From Novosphingobium rosa NBRC 15208 (GTDB lineage: Bacteria > Pseudomonadota > Alphaproteobacteria > Sphingomonadales > Sphingomonadaceae): DNA of 32,000 nucleotides. This document shows, in pieces, positions 8,558-16,807 of the stretch. Position 1 is the first letter of the stretch. The number at the start of each line of letters is the position of its first letter. Where the stretch lies: positions 167,980 through 199,979 of the forward strand of contig NZ_BCZE01000001.1 in the NCBI RefSeq assembly GCF_001598555.1, read 5' to 3'. The notes under the pieces were generated by a model. It saw only the letters and a list, made by a program, of their open reading frames with translations. It ran no database searches and was not told the origin of the DNA. Made by a program: the position numbers and the translations under genes.

Positions 8558-9562
8558 TCAGTTGCCCCGCATCCCCGGGTGGTTCTGCTGGAACTGCACC
8601 GCGATCTCGTCGCGCCGCGCATCGGCGATGGGCACCACATTGCTGTCGGCCGAGGGCGTGGTTTCCTGCGCATGGCACGCCAGCCGCTCCACCACCCAGC
8701 GCAAGGCCCGATCATTGTTGTTCGAGATATGCCACTGGATCGCCTCACGGATGGGCGGAATGTCGAAGGGCACTTCGCGCATCACCAGACCCATCGTCGG
8801 CACGAGCTGATTGGCCAGACGGCGGTGCATCGTGGCGATCCGCCGCGTGCCGATCACCAGCCCCGCCTGTGACAGGAAGGTGGGCGCCACCACCTCGATC
8901 CGGCGCTGGGTCTTCTGGCGGCGCACGAACCAGTCGTCGAACGCCGGGGTGCGGCTCTTGCCGAAGCGGGCTGTCACATGGCCCAGCGCGAAATAGCGTT
9001 CGCGGGTCATATCGCCCTGCAGATCGGGGTTGGCGGCATCGCCGACCACCACATAATCATCGTCGAACAGCACCTGGCTGGGATGATCGGCGCTGATCGC
9101 GAAATCGATGGTCAGCAGCAGATCGATCAGGCCGCGCTCCAGCACCTCGATGGGATTGTCGCCCATCGGCTGGATCTCGAAGCGCATATGCGGCGCTTCG
9201 CGCTCCAGCGTGGCCAGAGCGCCCGCCAGCAGCACCTGCGTCGAATAGTCCGAGGCCATGATGCGCACCTGACGGTCGGCGGTGGCCGGATCGAACTCGG
9301 GGGCGATGGCCACGGTGGTGCGGATCTGCTCCAGCACGGCGCGCACCGGTTCGATCAGTTCTTCGGCACGGGCGGTCAGCACCATGCCGCGCCCCTTCAT
9401 CACCAGCAGATCGTCCCCGAAATAGTCACGCAACCGGCCCAGCGCGCTGCTGGTCGCCGATTGCGACAGGCACAGGCGATCGGCGGCAAGGCTGACGCTT
9501 TTTTCCGAAAGCAGCGCGTCCAGCGCCACCAGCAGGTTGAGGTCCAGTCTCTGGAACCGCAT
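8558..9562 (-). CDS. LysR-family transcriptional regulator (NodD-like N-terminus)
   Basis: MRFQRLDLNLLVALDALLSEKSVSLAADRLCLSQSATSSALGRLRDYFGDDLLV is a canonical LysR HTH, followed by a substrate-binding-domain-length C-terminus. ATG 9562 has GAGAGG 6 nt upstream (ATG 9568 is an alternative). The longer ORF to 9712 overlaps the upstream gene. Confidence 0.9.
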   Translation of the reverse strand: MRFQRLDLNLLVALDALLSEKSVSLAADRLCLSQSATSSALGRLRDYFGDDLLVMKGRGMVLTARAEELIEPVRAVLEQIRTTVAIAPEFDPATADRQVRIMASDYSTQVLLAGALATLEREAPHMRFEIQPMGDNPIEVLERGLIDLLLTIDFAISADHPSQVLFDDDYVVVGDAANPDLQGDMTRERYFALGHVTARFGKSRTPAFDDWFVRRQKTQRRIEVVAPTFLSQAGLVIGTRRIATMHRRLANQLVPTMGLVMREVPFDIPPIREAIQWHISNNNDRALRWVVERLACHAQETTPSADSNVVPIADARRDEIAVQFQQNHPGMRGN

Positions 9563-9575
9563 GCCCATCCTCTCT

Positions 9576-10496
9576 TTATGCCAGCGTCTTGAGTGCGCTG
9601 GAGACAAGATTAGCAAGATTTCCGTCATGCGCAAAGCCCGCGCGGTCTGCCGCCGCCGTGGTGATGGGGGGCTGGGCGGCAAAAGCGGCTTCCAGCGCGG
9701 CGTCGGGTTCATAGGTCACCAGATCGGGCGACACGCCGCATTGGCGGGCGATCTCTGCCGCCAGATCGCCCATGGTCACGCGCAGCGCGGGCAGGGTCAT
9801 GGCGCGTGCCGGGGGGAGAAGCGCGGTGTCCACCTCCAGCGCATGAATGAAATTGCCGGCAACCTGCGCCACCGATTCCGCCCAGATCGTGCCTTGCGCC
9901 GAAACCGGGCAGGTGAACGCCTCTCCGGCCTTCAGCGCATGGAACAGATTGCTCATAAAGGCGCTCTTCATGCCCGAGGGGCCTTTGGGGCGCGCCAGAA
10001 TGCCCGGCAGGCGCAGACTGATGCCCTCGATCAGGCCTCGCGCTGTGAACATGGCGACGGCATGCTCCATCATCGCCTTGTGGCCGCCGTAGATCATCCT
10101 GGGCACCAGCGGCGTGGCATCGTCCACCTGAGGCGGGAAGGGATCGCCGAACACCGCGATCGAGCTGGCATAGGCGAAACGCGGCGTGTTCCCCACCGCC
10201 GCAGCCTCCAGCAGCAGATCATACATGGCGTCGACATTGATCCGGCGCGATGCGTCAGGATCGGCCTCCGCCGCGCCGCCCGGCACCGTGGCCAGATGGA
10301 TCACCGCATCGCAGCCTTGGGACAGAGCATCGGCGCGCACCGCGGCATCCCCCAGATCGCCCGCCACCACGCGCGCGCCCTGCGGAATGCCGCCCGCCAC
10401 CGTGTCCACCCCCACAACGTCGCGCCCTTGCGCGATCAGGCGGCTGACGATCTGGCGGCCGACAAAACCCCCGGCTCCGGTGACGATGGTGGGCAT
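9576..10496 (-). CDS. NAD-dependent epimerase/dehydratase-family protein (extended SDR)
   Basis: MPTIVTGAGGFVGRQIVSRLIAQGRDVVGVD carries the GxxGxxG motif. Later YGGHKAM matches YxxxK. ATG at 10496. Confidence 0.85.
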   Translation of the reverse strand: MPTIVTGAGGFVGRQIVSRLIAQGRDVVGVDTVAGGIPQGARVVAGDLGDAAVRADALSQGCDAVIHLATVPGGAAEADPDASRRINVDAMYDLLLEAAAVGNTPRFAYASSIAVFGDPFPPQVDDATPLVPRMIYGGHKAMMEHAVAMFTARGLIEGISLRLPGILARPKGPSGMKSAFMSNLFHALKAGEAFTCPVSAQGTIWAESVAQVAGNFIHALEVDTALLPPARAMTLPALRVTMGDLAAEIARQCGVSPDLVTYEPDAALEAAFAAQPPITTAAADRAGFAHDGNLANLVSSALKTLA

Positions 10497-10569
10497 GGAC
10501 GCGTCCTTCGATAAAAGAGAGGAGGCGGCACGAGGCCCCCTCCCCAAGGCAGGTTCGACGTGGCGGACG

Positions 10570-12945
10570 TCAGAAATTGACCGACAGGCGCCCGCCAAAA
10601 TAACGATGTGAATCCCGCGCGGGCTGGCCGATGACCAGATTGGCCGAGGTGGCGCTGGCGAAGAAGTCCTCCAGATTGGTGTAATACATGTGGTTGGTCA
10701 GATTGTTGACGAAGAAGGTCAGGCTGGCCGTCTGAGCCTTGTTCTGGAAGCCCAGCGACACATCGACAAGCGCAAAGCCCTTTTGCACCGCATAGGGGTT
10801 CTGATCGGCCTGCATGTTGGTGGTGGTGCGGTAGGAGACATTGCCTCCCAGCAGCACGTTGAATGTGTCCATCGGCACCGTCTGCTGCAGGCTGCCCGTC
10901 AGCTTGAACTTGGGCGAAGAGGGCAGCGGCTTGCCGGTCAGATCCTGACTGTTGGCCGCGACATTGCAGCCCTGCGCCGCCGTCTGCCCGGGATAGCACA
11001 CCGCGCCGGGGAAGTTGGTGAACTTGGCGTCGGTGTAGGCGCCCGACAGGTTGAAGCGTGTGTTGCCCCGCACGTAGGTCAGATCGCCTTCCACGCCCTG
11101 CGTCCGCGCATCGGCATTGGCCAGCACCAGCACGGCGATCAGGCCTGAATTGTTGTAAAGCTGGGCCTGGTAATTGTTGTATTTGGTGTAATAGGCCGCC
11201 AGATTGAAGGTCAGATGCCGGTCAAGCAAGCTGGATTTCAGGCCCAGTTCGAAGCTGTCGATGGTTTCGCGCTTGGTGGCCCCCGTGAATTGCAGATCAG
11301 AGGCACTGGGCGCGCTCTGCGTCGAGGCGAAATCATGCACCGTGTTGAAAGCGCGCGGCTTGTAACCCCGCGTGTAGGAGCCATAGACCATCACATCGCG
11401 CGTGGGCTTGTACTGGATCGCCGCATCGCCCACCAGCGCCGAGGAACTGTCTTTCAGATTCCACGTATAGCCACCCTGACCATAGCCGCCGCTGCCATAA
11501 ATGCCATTGGCGGGATCGAAATATTGGGTGACATTCCAGCCGATCTTGTCCCAATTGTACCGCAGGCCGGCCACCAGCGTCATCTTCTCGCCCAGCTTCG
11601 CCGTGCCGCGGCCATAGATGGCGTAGTTTTGCGTGGTGGAAATGTTGGTCTTGGCCAGCGGGTTCAATGTCCAGTTGCGGAAGCTAGCCTGATTGACTGT
11701 CATGTCCGAATAGAAAAATCCGGTGATGTAGCTGAAGGGGCGTGACGCATCCGAGGCCAGCTTCACCTCTTCGGTGGTCTGGTTGACATAGCCGTAGAAA
11801 TGGCCGGTGTTGTTGAAAGGCTGGTTCAGCGCGGCGGGAATGGCGCCCACGCCTTGCAGGAAGTTCTGGAAGATCGTCGCCCAATTGACATTGGATTCGA
11901 AGATATCCTGCGTCTGGTCCTGGTTTTCGCGGAACAGCGAGGTGGTCGATGTCAGCACAGAACCATTGCCCAGATGATAGTTCAGGACCAGCGAACCGTC
12001 CTTATCCTCATAGCGCGATCCCATCACCGTATGCGAGGCATATTGCGTGTTGCCATAAGCGACATTGATGCCCGGATACATCACCGACTGCGTCAACCCC
12101 ACCGGCGCGGCGAAAAAATAGGCGCCCGGCGTCATATAGACCGGCACGAAATTCTCGCCGCTGCTGGTCGAAAGCGCGTAATGCGCCATCACCTGCGCAT
12201 CCAGCGCATCGGTGATCTGCCACTTCAGCTTGATGCGCCCGCCCTTGCTGTCGGCGTTGGAATGCTCCTTCAGCGTGGTGTTGTAGACCGGATAGGGCGT
12301 GTGCTGGTAATAGGCGCTGATGCTGCCGGTCAGCCCCGGCGCGATCTGGCCCGAGCCATGCACATCCATATGATGCTCGCCATCATTGGTAAGCATGGCG
12401 TTGAAGCCGAATTTGGTCACCTCGCTGGGCGCGTAGGTCACGAAATTGATCACGCCCGCCGAAGCGGTGCGGCCGCCCAGCGTGGCCTGAGGGCCTTTCA
12501 GCACCTCAAGCTGCTGCACATCGGTGATGGTGTTGGCGGCAAAGCTGTCGGCGGGCACGGGCACGCCGTCCACCTGAATGGACACGCCCGAGGTCAGGCC
12601 GATCGCCCCCTCATTGGCATTGGTCGAGATGCCGCGAATGCCATAGGGCACGCGCCCGTTGAAGGTGCCCTTGATCTCCACCGAGGGCACGATGCGATTG
12701 ATGTCCGACAGGTCGGAGACATGGTTCTGGGCGATGGAACTGCTGCTCAGCACGGCGGCGGCGACGGGAATATCCTGCAGGCGCTCGGTGCGCTTCTGCG
12801 CGGTGACGACGATTTCGGCTGTATCGTCAGGTTTGGCGGTGGGCGCGCTCTGGGCCAGCGCACTGCCGCCAAAACCCAGCGGCGCAGCCAGCAGCGCCAT
12901 CATCGAAACCGACAATTTCGTCTGCTGCCGAAACAAGTTGCTCAT
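10570..12945 (-). CDS. TonB-dependent outer-membrane receptor
   Basis: Signal peptide MSNLFRQQTKLSVSMMALLAAPLGFGGSALAQ. TonB-box/plug start DTAEIVVTAQKRTERLQDIPVA. Long beta-barrel region and terminal ...YFGGRLSVNF. ATG 12945 has GGGGAGAT upstream (ATG 12951 is an alternative). Confidence 0.9.
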   Translation of the reverse strand: MSNLFRQQTKLSVSMMALLAAPLGFGGSALAQSAPTAKPDDTAEIVVTAQKRTERLQDIPVAAAVLSSSSIAQNHVSDLSDINRIVPSVEIKGTFNGRVPYGIRGISTNANEGAIGLTSGVSIQVDGVPVPADSFAANTITDVQQLEVLKGPQATLGGRTASAGVINFVTYAPSEVTKFGFNAMLTNDGEHHMDVHGSGQIAPGLTGSISAYYQHTPYPVYNTTLKEHSNADSKGGRIKLKWQITDALDAQVMAHYALSTSSGENFVPVYMTPGAYFFAAPVGLTQSVMYPGINVAYGNTQYASHTVMGSRYEDKDGSLVLNYHLGNGSVLTSTTSLFRENQDQTQDIFESNVNWATIFQNFLQGVGAIPAALNQPFNNTGHFYGYVNQTTEEVKLASDASRPFSYITGFFYSDMTVNQASFRNWTLNPLAKTNISTTQNYAIYGRGTAKLGEKMTLVAGLRYNWDKIGWNVTQYFDPANGIYGSGGYGQGGYTWNLKDSSSALVGDAAIQYKPTRDVMVYGSYTRGYKPRAFNTVHDFASTQSAPSASDLQFTGATKRETIDSFELGLKSSLLDRHLTFNLAAYYTKYNNYQAQLYNNSGLIAVLVLANADARTQGVEGDLTYVRGNTRFNLSGAYTDAKFTNFPGAVCYPGQTAAQGCNVAANSQDLTGKPLPSSPKFKLTGSLQQTVPMDTFNVLLGGNVSYRTTTNMQADQNPYAVQKGFALVDVSLGFQNKAQTASLTFFVNNLTNHMYYTNLEDFFASATSANLVIGQPARDSHRYFGGRLSVNF

Positions 12946-13048
12946 GTCCATATCTCCCCAGTCCCGACCGACATCTGTGATGCCCGGCTCCACTTTTCGT
13001 CTTGGTGGCGAAATTAGCGCGAAGCGGCCCCGCCGTCGCACCGATTGT

Positions 13049-13068
13049 ATGGATGAGCGCCTATCCAT
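13049..13068. promoter_or_regulatory. Inverted repeat ATGGAT-N8-ATCCAT in the divergent TBDR/monooxygenase intergenic region (candidate regulator site)
   Basis: Read directly: ATGGAT 13049-13054 and ATCCAT 13063-13068. Lies between the starts at 12945 (-) and 13114 (+). A LysR regulator is encoded in the same cluster. Confidence 0.25.
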
Positions 13069-13113
13069 GCTTCGGATTTGCCTGAGCCGCGTTTCCGCTT
13101 ACCTCTTGAGGGC

Positions 13114-14253
13114 ATGACACGGGAGAGCATCAAGAGCGTCGCAACGACGCTGATCGTAGGCGGCGGGATCGGCGGCATGGCCGCGGCGATTGCGCTGGCG
13201 GAGCGCGGCGTGGCGGTGGAGATCGTCGATCTCGATCCGCAATGGCGGGTGTATGGCGCGGGCATCACCATCACCGGGCCGACCTTGCGGGCCTATCGGC
13301 GGCTGGGGCTGCTCGACGCCATCAAGAAGCAGGGGGCGATCACCACCAAGACGCGATTGTTCAAATTCGACGGCACCCATATCAAGGATCTGGACGAGCC
13401 CATCATCGAGGAAGGCCTGCCCGCCACGGGCGGCATCATGCGCCCGGTGCTGCACCGGATCATGCAGGCGCGCGTGAAAGAGCTGAACATTCCGGTGCGT
13501 CTGGGCCTCACCGTTTCAGCGCTGGAGAACCGCGCAGAGGGCGTGGATGTCCGCTTTTCGGACGGCTCCACGGGCCATTACGATCTGGTCGTCGGGTCCG
13601 ACAGCGTGGGCTCCAGCGTGCGCGAAATCGCCTTTCCGCATATGGCGGCAGCACAGCCCACCGGGCAGGGTTGCTGGCGCCTTTCCATCCGCCGTCCGCC
13701 CAATCTGACCGAGGGCGAATTCTATCTGGGCCATGACAATCCGGCGGGCATCACCATCTGCGCGCCCGACAGCGTCTATCTCTGGATGCTCACGCCGCAT
13801 GTCGAGCGCGAAAACTTCCTCACCGATGACGAACTCTTCGATGAACTGCGTGGATCGCTGAAGGATTTCGGCGGCAACATCGGCTGGATCCGCGACAACA
13901 TGACGCGCGCGGACTGGATCAACTATCGTCCTCTGACCGCCGCTCTGCAGCCCAAACCCTGGTTCAACGGGCGGATCGTGCTGCTGGGCGATGCGGTGCA
14001 TGCCACCACGCCGCATCTGGCTTCAGGCGCTGGGATGGCGGTGGAAAGCGGACTGGTGCTGGCCGAGGAACTGGCCGGGCATGACGGCGTGGCGCAGGGC
14101 CTGCTGGCCTATCAGGAACGCCGCTTCCCGCGCTGCAAGGATGTGATCGACAGTTCGATTGCCGTCGGGCGGTTGCAACTCAACCATGGCGCGCCGCATG
14201 AGCATGCCGCCATTCTGGAAGGCGCTCTCAGCCGGTTGAACGAGCCGTTTTAA
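13114..14253 (+). CDS. FAD-dependent aromatic-ring monooxygenase (UbiH/salicylate-hydroxylase-like)
   Basis: LIVGGGIGGMAAAIALAERGVAVEIVDLD is a GxGxxG FAD motif. DLVVGSDSVGSSVR matches the DG-type motif. LLGDAVHATTPHLASGAGMAVESG matches the GD(A)xH FAD/substrate motif. ATG at 13114 (TTG 13078 is also open). Confidence 0.9.
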   Translation: MTRESIKSVATTLIVGGGIGGMAAAIALAERGVAVEIVDLDPQWRVYGAGITITGPTLRAYRRLGLLDAIKKQGAITTKTRLFKFDGTHIKDLDEPIIEEGLPATGGIMRPVLHRIMQARVKELNIPVRLGLTVSALENRAEGVDVRFSDGSTGHYDLVVGSDSVGSSVREIAFPHMAAAQPTGQGCWRLSIRRPPNLTEGEFYLGHDNPAGITICAPDSVYLWMLTPHVERENFLTDDELFDELRGSLKDFGGNIGWIRDNMTRADWINYRPLTAALQPKPWFNGRIVLLGDAVHATTPHLASGAGMAVESGLVLAEELAGHDGVAQGLLAYQERRFPRCKDVIDSSIAVGRLQLNHGAPHEHAAILEGALSRLNEPF

Positions 14254-14263
14254 ACGCCTCGGA

Positions 14264-14299
14264 TGAGGGCTTCGGAGACGGTGCCGCCCGAAGCCCTCA
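14264..14299. terminator. Bidirectional stem-loop between convergent genes (12-bp perfect stem)
   Basis: tGAGGGCTTCGG (14264-14275), 12-nt loop, CCGAAGCCCTCa (14288-14299). Sits between stop 14253 (+) and stop 14306 (-). No strong U-tract, so intrinsic-terminator status is uncertain. Confidence 0.5.
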
Positions 14300-14305
14300 C
14301 GTCGA

Positions 14306-14650
14306 TCACAGCTTGTAGGCGCAGACCTTCGCCGTGGCGTTCGCCCAGCAGGCTCCTTCGCGCTTCAGCAGGCCCAGTTCGCTATGGGCATGGGTGGAGC
14401 CGGGCTCCTCATTCCAATAACCATGGGCGCCATCGTCATCCATGTTGACATAGGCGAAATATTTGGACCGATGCTTGTCCGAAACGCCAATCGAAAATGA
14501 CCCCTGCTTGTCATTGATGGTGACTTCGCAAGGACCGTTCAGATAGCTCTTATGCTTGACTTCCAGCACGCAGCGCCCGGTCTTGGCCTGCGCCATGCCT
14601 GGCGACAGCGCAGCGCCCAGCGCCAGAAGAAACAAAGGCGTGAACTTCAT
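14306..14650 (-). CDS. Small secreted 4-Cys protein (114 aa); candidate periplasmic immunity protein for the upstream lysozyme-like gene
   Basis: Signal peptide MKFTPLFLLALGAALSPGMAQA. The mature part has four Cys. ATG 14650 is separated by 1 nt from the upstream stop (14652-14654). Lower GC than the flanking catabolic genes. Confidence 0.6.
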   Translation of the reverse strand: MKFTPLFLLALGAALSPGMAQAKTGRCVLEVKHKSYLNGPCEVTINDKQGSFSIGVSDKHRSKYFAYVNMDDDGAHGYWNEEPGSTHAHSELGLLKREGACWANATAKVCAYKL

Positions 14651-14651
14651 C

Positions 14652-15173
14652 TCAATGACTCCCGACGGGATGAAGACGGTTGTATTCGGCCAGAGCGATG
14701 CGGGCATGGTTCTGCCGATCCGCCTCATTGGGAATGCCCGGCCCCTCGAAGGAGATCATGAAGGCATGCGTCGCCTTGTTCAGATCGCTCTGCTTTTTCA
14801 GCGTGGTGATCGAGCGGCGGTAGGAGGTGTTCAGCTCATGCTCCAGGTAGCCAAGACTGGCCGCCTCGCTGTCGCGCTGCAGATGATGCGCATCGGCCCA
14901 GGCGAAGAAGGTCTTGCGGCGCGGGCCTGTCCATTGCGCCCAACCGTAGCCGCCCTTGTTCTCGGCCTGACCACGCTCGTGATAGGCGGTGAAATTGGCG
15001 CTTTCGGTGCCCAGATTGCCGACGATGGCGGCGGCTTGCACCGGCGTCAGTTCGAAGGCGATGATCAGGTCACCCATGATCGCGGGGGCAAGGCGAATGA
15101 AATTCGGCATCGTCGAAGGCCGATGATGCCGGGGCCGACGCCGATGCCTGATATGCGGTTTCGCTGTCGTCAT
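14652..15173 (-). CDS. Phage-tail-lysozyme-like peptidoglycan hydrolase domain protein, no signal peptide
   Basis: Motif block LTPVQAAAIVGNLGTESANF...NKGGYGWAQWTGPRRKTFFAWA resembles the phage tail lysozyme (Phage_lysozyme2-type) domain. Start is uncertain: the longest ATG is 15173, but its first 21 aa (MTTAKPHIRHRRRPRHHRPST) look non-native. Internal ATGs at 15110 and 15077 are alternatives. Confidence 0.6.
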   Translation of the reverse strand: MTTAKPHIRHRRRPRHHRPSTMPNFIRLAPAIMGDLIIAFELTPVQAAAIVGNLGTESANFTAYHERGQAENKGGYGWAQWTGPRRKTFFAWADAHHLQRDSEAASLGYLEHELNTSYRRSITTLKKQSDLNKATHAFMISFEGPGIPNEADRQNHARIALAEYNRLHPVGSH

Positions 15174-15332
15174 TGCTCAATCCATCCATCTTATGGAACT
15201 GACGTTCTTCGAGCATAGATAAATTGTCAAAACAATCCATGCGACAAGAAAACACGCCAAGAACATCTTTTCCCGCGATGAAATCATCAAGCTCCAGTCA
15301 TGAAAAATCGAATTCTTCAATCCCATGAAAGA
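15174..15332 (-). promoter_or_regulatory. AT-rich intergenic region upstream of the lysozyme-like gene (contains a perfect TTGACA on the minus strand at 15225-15230)
   Basis: 159-bp gap, visibly AT-rich relative to the window. The TTGACA hexamer was read on the minus strand, but no convincing -10 sits at 16-18 nt spacing. Confidence 0.3.
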
Positions 15333-16130
15333 TCAATTGGCGTTCGCCACATTATACCGCGTAAGCCCCGCCTGACTGAGATAACAGACCTTGTCGGAAT
15401 CAGTGTTGAAGGCATCGGTCATGAAATCGAGCGATAGCGACATCTCCACCAGATAACGCGCGCGGATGGCCGCGATCTTGGCCGATTCCTTCTCCCATGT
15501 CCGCAACTCATGGGCGACATACTCGGCGACGGCGGCATCCACCTTGTTTTGCGGATTGCCCTTGCGGATCAGCTCGGTCCGCTTGGTGCTCACACCCTGA
15601 AAGCGGTTGAACAGTTCCAGCATGCCTTGAGAGTCGCCGGTCGCGCTGAACATATGGATGCCGTAATAGGCGCCGGGCTCCACGGTTCGGATCACCCCGC
15701 CCAGAAAAGCGTAGGAGCAGGCGCTGATGCAGGCATATTCCTTGCGCAGGCGCACCGCCATATTCCTGGCGCGGATGATACGGCCCATATAAGGCCCTTC
15801 CATGGCGGCGCCGCCTGGCGAATTGAACCAGATTTCCTCGATCGCGCCCGCCTTCGCGATGGCCTGCTGCAACCGCTGGGACTCGCCGGCCATGATCTGC
15901 CCTTCGGCGATCAGCACCTTGCCATTGGGCGTGTTCTGCACGCGATAGGTCATCGGCGCGGCGAAAGCATCCGTCTGATAAGATTGCGGCAGATCATAAG
16001 AGGCGCAATAGGTCTGCTCGGCCTTCTGCGCCAGCGCCCCTTGGGGCGCCAGCGCAGTCAGACACAGCAGCGGCGCGAAACGCCGCAAGATCAAGCGACC
16101 TTCCAGTCGGTGGCGGGAGGCGTGCGGCAC
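15333..16130 (-). CDS. Periplasmic ClpP/crotonase-fold protein (COG3904-like predicted periplasmic protein)
   Basis: Signal-like LILRRFAPLLCLTALAPQGALAQ. ClpP-like motifs IWFNSPGGAAMEG and ACISACSYAFLGG. GTG 16130 gives a 40-nt overlap with the upstream gene. An in-frame TTG at 16094 gives a TTGA overlap and may be the true start. Confidence 0.6.
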   Translation of the reverse strand: MPHASRHRLEGRLILRRFAPLLCLTALAPQGALAQKAEQTYCASYDLPQSYQTDAFAAPMTYRVQNTPNGKVLIAEGQIMAGESQRLQQAIAKAGAIEEIWFNSPGGAAMEGPYMGRIIRARNMAVRLRKEYACISACSYAFLGGVIRTVEPGAYYGIHMFSATGDSQGMLELFNRFQGVSTKRTELIRKGNPQNKVDAAVAEYVAHELRTWEKESAKIAAIRARYLVEMSLSLDFMTDAFNTDSDKVCYLSQAGLTRYNVANAN

Positions 16131-16579
16131 AGACGCGGCGTCTCACGCACTTCCTGACCCGAAATATAGGCCACATTGGTCACGGTGCGGCACTGGCGGC
16201 CATCGGCCAGCTTCTCGGGCGCGGCAGCGGTCACGGTGCCATGCACGTCCGAGCGGGTGTCGCTGGTCCAGGTCTGGGCCTGACCGACGGGGGCGTTGGC
16301 GGCATCGACGTTGGCCTTGGCCATCTTCTGCTTTTCGCACTCGTCCAGCTTCTTGGCGATCACCGAACCGACAATCGCGCCACCCAGCGCGCCAAGCACC
16401 GTACCAGCCAGCTTGTTTTTGCCGGCCAGGCTATGGCCCAGCAGACCGCCGACCGCGCCACCAACAAGAGCGCCCTTGGTGCCCGAACCGCCGCAGCCAC
16501 CTTCACCGGCCACGGCAGCCGTGTTCATGCTGGTGATAGCAAAGATCATGGCCGTGATCAGAAGAATTATTTTTTTCAT
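16091..16579 (-). CDS. Glycine-zipper / 17-kDa-surface-antigen-like envelope protein
   Basis: ATG 16579 has GGTGGAG 5 nt upstream. Signal peptide MKKIILLITAMIFAITSMNTAAVA. Glycine-zipper block GALVGGAVGGLLGHSLAG...GTVLGALGGAIVGSVIA. C-terminal domain with two Cys (..GRQCRTV...PRLCRTP..). Confidence 0.7.
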   Translation of the reverse strand: MKKIILLITAMIFAITSMNTAAVAGEGGCGGSGTKGALVGGAVGGLLGHSLAGKNKLAGTVLGALGGAIVGSVIAKKLDECEKQKMAKANVDAANAPVGQAQTWTSDTRSDVHGTVTAAAPEKLADGRQCRTVTNVAYISGQEVRETPRLCRTPPATDWKVA

Positions 16580-16585
16580 AAACAC

Positions 16586-16807
16586 TCCACCCTAACAAAG
16601 TTAACGGACCATTATACAATAACATTTGAAAAAGTTCCCGTTCAGGATAAACTTTCTCATATAGTTGAACTATACATAGGTCACGAGAATTTTGCACAAT
16701 ACAATCAAACCATAATGTGAAAGTTCTGCACCAGGCACGCCGCGCCTTCAAAACTTCACGAAAAAGCCCCCTGCATGGTATATCGAAGGACGTCACCATC
16801 GCGCCCC
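16586..16807 (-). promoter_or_regulatory. 222-bp AT-rich intergenic region; likely promoter for the glycine-zipper gene (TATAAT on the minus strand at 16611-16616)
   Basis: This is the largest non-coding gap in the T6SS-linked half. A perfect TATAAT on the minus strand lies 31 nt upstream of ATG 16579. No clear -35 was found. Confidence 0.35.

Noticed and set aside
8555-8560. TGATCA palindrome formed by the abutting stop codons of the convergent HxlR and LysR genes
   Set aside because: It is a trivial consequence of two adjacent TGA stops on opposite strands. No additional structure surrounds it.
7180-9096. 638-aa plus-strand ORF crossing the SDR, HxlR and LysR genes
   Set aside because: It runs antisense or out of frame through three motif-supported genes. 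It has no recognisable domain and strongly biased R/A/G/P content.
16611-16640. GGAAC upstream of the TATAAT box, reminiscent of an ECF-sigma -35 element
   Set aside because: The nearest CGTT lies 27 nt downstream by my count, far from the 16-17 nt expected for EcfG-type promoters. It is probably coincidental.
16503-16799. 98-aa minus-strand ORF covering the AT-rich gap upstream of the glycine-zipper gene
   Set aside because: It overlaps the start of the glycine-zipper gene out of frame, has no RBS, and has a Cys/His-rich odd composition. The region is better explained as promoter and 5' UTR.
16740-16800. Possible intrinsic terminator after the Rhs immunity gene (GCAGGGGGCTTTTTCG on the minus strand; small GGCGC-GGC-GTGCC hairpin)
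   Set aside because: The T-run is not preceded by a complementary stem. The only hairpin found has a 5-bp stem with a wobble pair and no following U-tract. This is not enough to call a terminator.
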